This document shows positions 59,234-64,000 of a DNA stretch of 64,000 bases, piece after piece (positions within the stretch are counted from its first letter, which is position 1; every line of letters starts with the position of its first letter). Source of the DNA: Zygnema circumcarinatum SAG 698-1b (lineage: Eukaryota; Plantae; Zygnematophyceae). The position numbers were made by a program, and so were the translations under genes. Location of the stretch: NCBI GenBank assembly GCA_037447605.1, contig CM074808.1, forward strand, positions 2,914,001-2,978,000, read 5' to 3'. A model generated the notes under the pieces. That model was given only the letters and a program-made list of their open reading frames with translations, made no database searches and was not told the origin of the DNA.

Positions 59234-60360
59234 CCTTTCAGAGAGGTTGTTTTGACTTTTGTCCGCGTCGTCGGCTCGTTCGTCGCATTTTTGTCCATTG
59301 CGATTTTGCGACAAAATGGTCGTCATTTATTTTGTCATTTTATGAAAGGTCCACGTCAAAGCTAGAACGCGTCGAAACCGACAAGTGGCTCAAACTGCGA
59401 GCGGAACATAGAACTGTGCATCATAGCCGTGAAACTGACGAGATCTTTACAGTTCCGTGAATGAAAATCTGGAACTGGGACTGCGGCCGTCATATGAAGA
59501 TGGATTCTGTCACATATGTCAGAAATATTCTAACGGTTCCATGTAAAAATCTGGACCCACACTTAAGGGTCGTCTAGGTCAAGGGACCGTTGCGTAGGGT
59601 CCAACTGTGACGGTCGTTGTCGGTTGCCGGTCTCGGTCAGTCGGCTGGCGCCAGCCGACAGCCAATCGGCCGATCGCCGGCACGTCGCCAGTTCATATCG
59701 GACGATAACCACCGGCTACCGTCAATATTGCCCTGACGGTCAAAGGGCCCCATTCCGTGTCGTAGCGTAGCGTAAAACTGGGCCCAGTTCAAGTTTTGAC
59801 CTCAGTTGCAGTTCAGCTGTGTTTCACCGTATCACTTAGTGCCGATCGGCTCAATCTGAACTGTCCGATACGCTCCCAAGGGCCGCCGGCGACATGCATG
59901 GAGCGCCAAATCCCAGCTCCAATTCGAGCTTTATGCAGTCGCTTTCAGACTTCATTCCAAAGAGCGTCCTCGAAAAAAAAAAAATCTTTTTTAGCCTTAA
60001 GTGATAGTCAAAGCCACTTGTGAGTGTGATTTCAGTTTTGAATTCATATATTTTTTTTAACTTTCGTAATAATTATTTTCATTTTGCTAAAAAGACTTCA
60101 GTGGTACGGTATCCCTTTAGATAAAGGAAAATTCTATTCTCACACCTTTTTTGTCTACGCACAGACCTCTTTTCGCTGGGCAGATTTTAAAATAGACAAA
60201 AAAGGAACACACCTTTCACACCTTTTTTTTTTCACTTTTTTTTTCACATCTTTTTGGAATCGATACACGCTACTACTCCTGAGCGGCCGAGCGCCGTGAG
60301 ACCTTTTTCTGTCGGGCAGATTTACTCCTTATCATTTATTTTCAGAGAAAAAAAATATCT

Positions 60361-60928
60361 GCCTGCCCGAATCCACTCGGAGCAGAAGATCCGTCCGCCA
60401 CGAGATCGTTCGCGGGTGGCCGTCCTTCACACGTGCAATAATTTTCCGCCGTCGATATTCACGCAGATCGCACCATGGCAGATCACCGTTCGATCAGAAG
60501 CCGGGCTCTGTCCCACGTGTCCCACCCAAGCCGGCTCCAAGGACCGTACAAAAGGCGTACGCCCGCAGCTTCGAGGAAAGTCAAAAAACGTAATAATTAA
60601 AGTTGAGTGCCTGTACCAATCACAGTTTGCCACGTCTAAAAAGAGCACGCGGCAGATGGTGATTGGTTCAAGCTCGCAATGTAAGGAATTTAGACTTTCC
60701 TCGAAGCTGTGACCGTATGAGTTGTGTACGGTCGAGCCTGCTCGGGTGGGACACGTGGGCGTGTGCCATTCGCTGGAACCGAGCCCGGCTGCCGATCGAA
60801 CGGTGATCTGCCGTGGTGCGATCTGCTCTAGAATCGACGGTGTATAGTTTCTGCACGTGTGAAGGACGGCCACCCGCGAACGATCTCGTGGCGGACGGAT
60901 CTTCTGCTCCGAGTGGATTCGGGCAGGC
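60361..60928. mobile_element. Long foldback element (MULE/FB-like), right end lost in an assembly gap
   Basis: 60361-60582 is an inverted repeat of 60693-60928 (outer ~70 bp perfect); the spacer is partly self-complementary. Confidence 0.8.
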
Positions 60929-60938
60929 NNNNNNNNNN
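60929..60938. other. Assembly gap (N10)
   Basis: Ten N characters. Confidence 1.
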
Positions 60939-60939
60939 C

Positions 60940-61320
60940 CCTTCCCCTCCCTCTCCCTCTCTCTCCCCAAGCCAATCAGCTTTAATTCTGTAATGAGGTT
61001 TTGCTGGCTGTGGCGGAGCCGGGTGGCTATCTCCCACTGGTCCGTTGCTTCTGCACTCTTTCCCTACCCTCATCCCTCTCTCCCTCTCCCTCTCTCTCTC
61101 TCCCTTACTCTCTCTATCTCCTTATCTCTCCCTCTCTCTCTCGTTCTCGCTGCTCGCGCCACATGAGCCAAAGTGAGTACGTGGCAGTCTGGTAGTCTGG
61201 TAGTCACTCGCTCCCTCTCTCCCTCTCTCTCGCTTCTGTTTGGGTGAATTCGTGATATCCACAGTTATCCCTTCCTCAACTCTCTCCTTCTCTCTCTCCC
61301 TCTCGCTCTCTTTCTCTCTG
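60940..61320. repeat. CT-rich low-complexity tracts
   Basis: Several (CT)n/(CCT)n runs. Confidence 0.8.
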
Positions 61321-62273
61321 CTTTGAAATAAGTTCATGCATTTTTTTCTGATTACTTTCGTTCCTTCCATTGCAGAGGCGTCACGTGACAGTCTATGAAT
61401 GCCTGAGCCGCTTTATTCGCCAATAAATAGTCTCCTCCGTATTTTGCCGCAAACTGTACGCATGTAGCGGCCGTAGAAACCGTTAAACGGAACCTCACGG
61501 AGGCTGCATGTGAGGGCGAGTCGGAAGGCAGAATTGCATCTTTAGAGGTGAGGGAGAGAGAGGGAGGGAGGGAGGGAGAGACAGAGAACTTCACTTTACT
61601 CCACATTTCACTCCCATGAAACTTGGCGATAGACCCTTGGAAGTTGTGGAAATCTAACCTTAAAGCAAAACGCTACTGAGATCCTTGAGTTCCCATTCGT
61701 AGGTGGAACCTGCCATATATACAGTAGCTCCATGTGCCACGTAACTCTGTGCCCTATTGTAGTTGGATGAGGCCACCTTCAGAGCGGAAGGGACACTGGG
61801 AAACAGCCTCCACTCGAATGCCAGAATTGTGTCAAGCTTCATGCAGATGGTCTTTCTTATTTTTATTTTTTTATACCCGCTCTTACTTTTACATTACGGT
61901 ACCTGAAGATCAGAAACTACAAATTTCTCTCCATGATAGTCTTGGGCAAATTTATTATAAACAGGGGCGTGAATCGCACAGGCTCACCATTTGAAACGCT
62001 ATGTTGCAGCAACTACAACCACGCAAACCAAGCAGAGAAAGTCATCGGCCTGCTTGTCCATGGTCCACCCAAGACGAAAAGACCCACGAGAACTATTGCA
62101 GCACTAACAGAGGACAAGTTACATACGGATTGCAAAACGACAGAGCCAGTTTTCTTGCTCTTGGGAGGCGGTGTTGAAGGTCATGGAATTGATGTTGGGG
62201 CCAAGTGAAAGTCAATCAAGGATTTGCTTCTCCATGACAGCTATGTCACAACTATGTACACAATGTGCGATTT

Positions 62274-63314
62274 CTACCTCCGTCTCTTCAGCTCTTCCAG
62301 AATGTGTTCTCCCAATCCTACAACCTTTGCAGCAAATTCGTCCAACATTTGTTTGCTCCTTTCCTGAAACACCAACTGCGCCTGTTCTGCCCTCTTGTGA
62401 GACAATTCCATAACTTCCCGCAGAGCTGCACTCAACTCTGCTTGTTGCCTGTTGCGTTTCTTCCTCCCAACGGTATTTCGCAGTGTTTCATTGCTATTTG
62501 GCGCCGCAGGAGGCATATCTGGCACTTGAGTATGCGCCTGCTCTCCCGGAGGAAGGACGTGCCTGTAAACCCCTAATGCACTGCCCCAGATTATTGAAGG
62601 GTCTTTTTCAGACACCCATGAATCCATCGCATGAAACAGCTTCTCTGATAGCCCTGCGGGCAAATGACAGGCTCGCCGTTCGTCCGGATTCATATCCCAA
62701 TAGCTTTTTGCTCCGTCTTGTTGCTTAAACTCTTTTACTTTCTTGTAATAGTTTCTCAACACATCCCACCTTCGTCTACATTCAGGTCCAGTCCTCGTCA
62801 CTCCTGCGGTAGCCAGAGCTTCAGATACTTTCCTCCACCTGCTGTATTTTCTCGTTGTTTTTTCCTTTATTCCTGAATTTTCCCTCTGCCATTCTTCTTT
62901 CTTTATTTCAATCAACAGCAGCGACTCGTGATCGCCCCATTTTTTCGCCTTTTTGCCTTTCTTCGCCTGGCTTTCTTCACCGCCTTCCATCTCATCATCC
63001 TGTCCTTCTGACTCTGCTCCACTCTGCGAGTTGACATCCTCTCGCAGAATGCCTGCAGAACCTACTTCCTTCTTGTTCAAACATTCGGCAGAAAACTCTT
63101 TTGATGCATCGTCTCCATCCTGCTGATGGTCGTCAGTCTCTGGTCCAGCTGATGTAGACGGATGATTCCCTACACCTCCTGGCTGAAGCTGCTTCAGCGC
63201 GGTGATGTATTTGATTAGGTCACCAGTGCTCATTTTGGTAAAATGCAAGCGCTCGCCTCGTCTATCCTCAAAAGGAGCGCATTCAGCAGTGGGGTCCGCT
63301 CCGTGCTCCATCAT
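62274..63314 (-). CDS. Trihelix (Myb/SANT-like, GT-type) DNA-binding protein, intronless ORF
   Basis: KKWGDHESLLLIEIK...RWRKVSEALATAGVTRTGPECRRRWDVLRNYYKKVKEF...SYWDMNPDERRACHLP, followed by a C-terminal coiled coil. Confidence 0.85.
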   Translation of the reverse strand: MMEHGADPTAECAPFEDRRGERLHFTKMSTGDLIKYITALKQLQPGGVGNHPSTSAGPETDDHQQDGDDASKEFSAECLNKKEVGSAGILREDVNSQSGAESEGQDDEMEGGEESQAKKGKKAKKWGDHESLLLIEIKKEEWQRENSGIKEKTTRKYSRWRKVSEALATAGVTRTGPECRRRWDVLRNYYKKVKEFKQQDGAKSYWDMNPDERRACHLPAGLSEKLFHAMDSWVSEKDPSIIWGSALGVYRHVLPPGEQAHTQVPDMPPAAPNSNETLRNTVGRKKRNRQQAELSAALREVMELSHKRAEQAQLVFQERSKQMLDEFAAKVVGLGEHILEELKRRR

Positions 63315-64000
63315 TCCTCCCACTCCCTGTGCATGTTTCCCAATCCGTTGGTCCTCCAGCAGCGCCGCCTGGGGATACAGCAGGAGCTGCTCTTCCCTTT
63401 CAACTGAGAGCCTTCAGCTCTGCATCCTGAGGAGGCCCAGGCCCTGCACATCCCTGGAGCAGCCCCAGCCCCAGCCCGAGTCCCAGCCCCAGCCCGAGTC
63501 CCAGCCCCAGCTCCAGCTCCAACCCTAAACCTCTCCCTGCAAGCGGAGGGAAAATCACAAAAAAAGCAGCTCAGGCTGCAAGGAAACCTGTCCAAAAAAC
63601 TATCGAGTGAGTTTGCTGATGGCATTGGCGCGTATGCTGACGCAATATAACTGGCATTCTGTGAGAAATCTAGAACATTCTACAGTAGTTAAATGTACAG
63701 TACAGTAAACAGATTGTAGTATTTAACTCGAAACGGGACTGCGAGGACTCATAGATTTGCGTCGCATATGTACGGCACCACGCTGTCCGTACAGTTTTCA
63801 GAAAGGCCTGTTGGTTCATGACTCATTCGTACGCTTTCCTGTTCCTGCAGACTGAGAAGTGAGGACTGTCGTCCCTTTGAATTTTAGAGCCGGGTCTTTC
63901 TGAAATGGGAATGCAAGGAGAATGTTGGAACTTGGAAGGAGTGTTTCTGGAACGGCTGCAAACTTTTCACAGATCGGACCATTAGACAAACCAGTCGACT

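Noticed and set aside
59640-59659. Perfect 20-bp GC-rich palindrome as a Helitron 3' hairpin
   Set aside because: No CTRR terminus at the expected distance on either strand.
61350-62230. Possible Harbinger transposase exons downstream of the trihelix ORF
   Set aside because: The short ORFs show no recognisable DDE_Tnp_4 motifs.

Overview
Intron-rich eukaryotic nuclear DNA with GT-AG introns, plant-type gene families and TTTAGGG-like tracts. It is most consistent with a streptophyte green alga (Zygnematophyceae/Closterium-like; inferred, not shown). In order, the window holds: a solitary divergent 5S rRNA gene; an intronless type II membrane protein resembling a glycosyltransferase; an intronless YwbE/DUF2196-domain gene; a euAP2 transcription factor; SPF30; an orphan 642-aa ORF; a plastid GPT translocator; a head-to-head pair of ARID-HMG-family paralogs; a RHON1-like gene; an SR splicing factor; a 21-exon multidomain protease gene; a stack of non-autonomous DNA transposons; and a trihelix gene. 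Two manually spliced architectures stand out. (1) A ~1267-aa, probably secreted protein (47375-57388, minus): 2x F-type lectin, LRRNT, LRRs, EGF, papain-family protease with intact catalytic residues but no visible I29 propeptide, 2x EGF, 4x LysM. (2) An EUL/ricin-B lectin domain that can splice in frame onto an ARID-HMG chromatin protein; a tandem acceptor pair 6 nt apart would switch between lectin-only and fusion products. All gene models come from reading splice sites and frames by eye, with no database search, so domain names are recognition-based.
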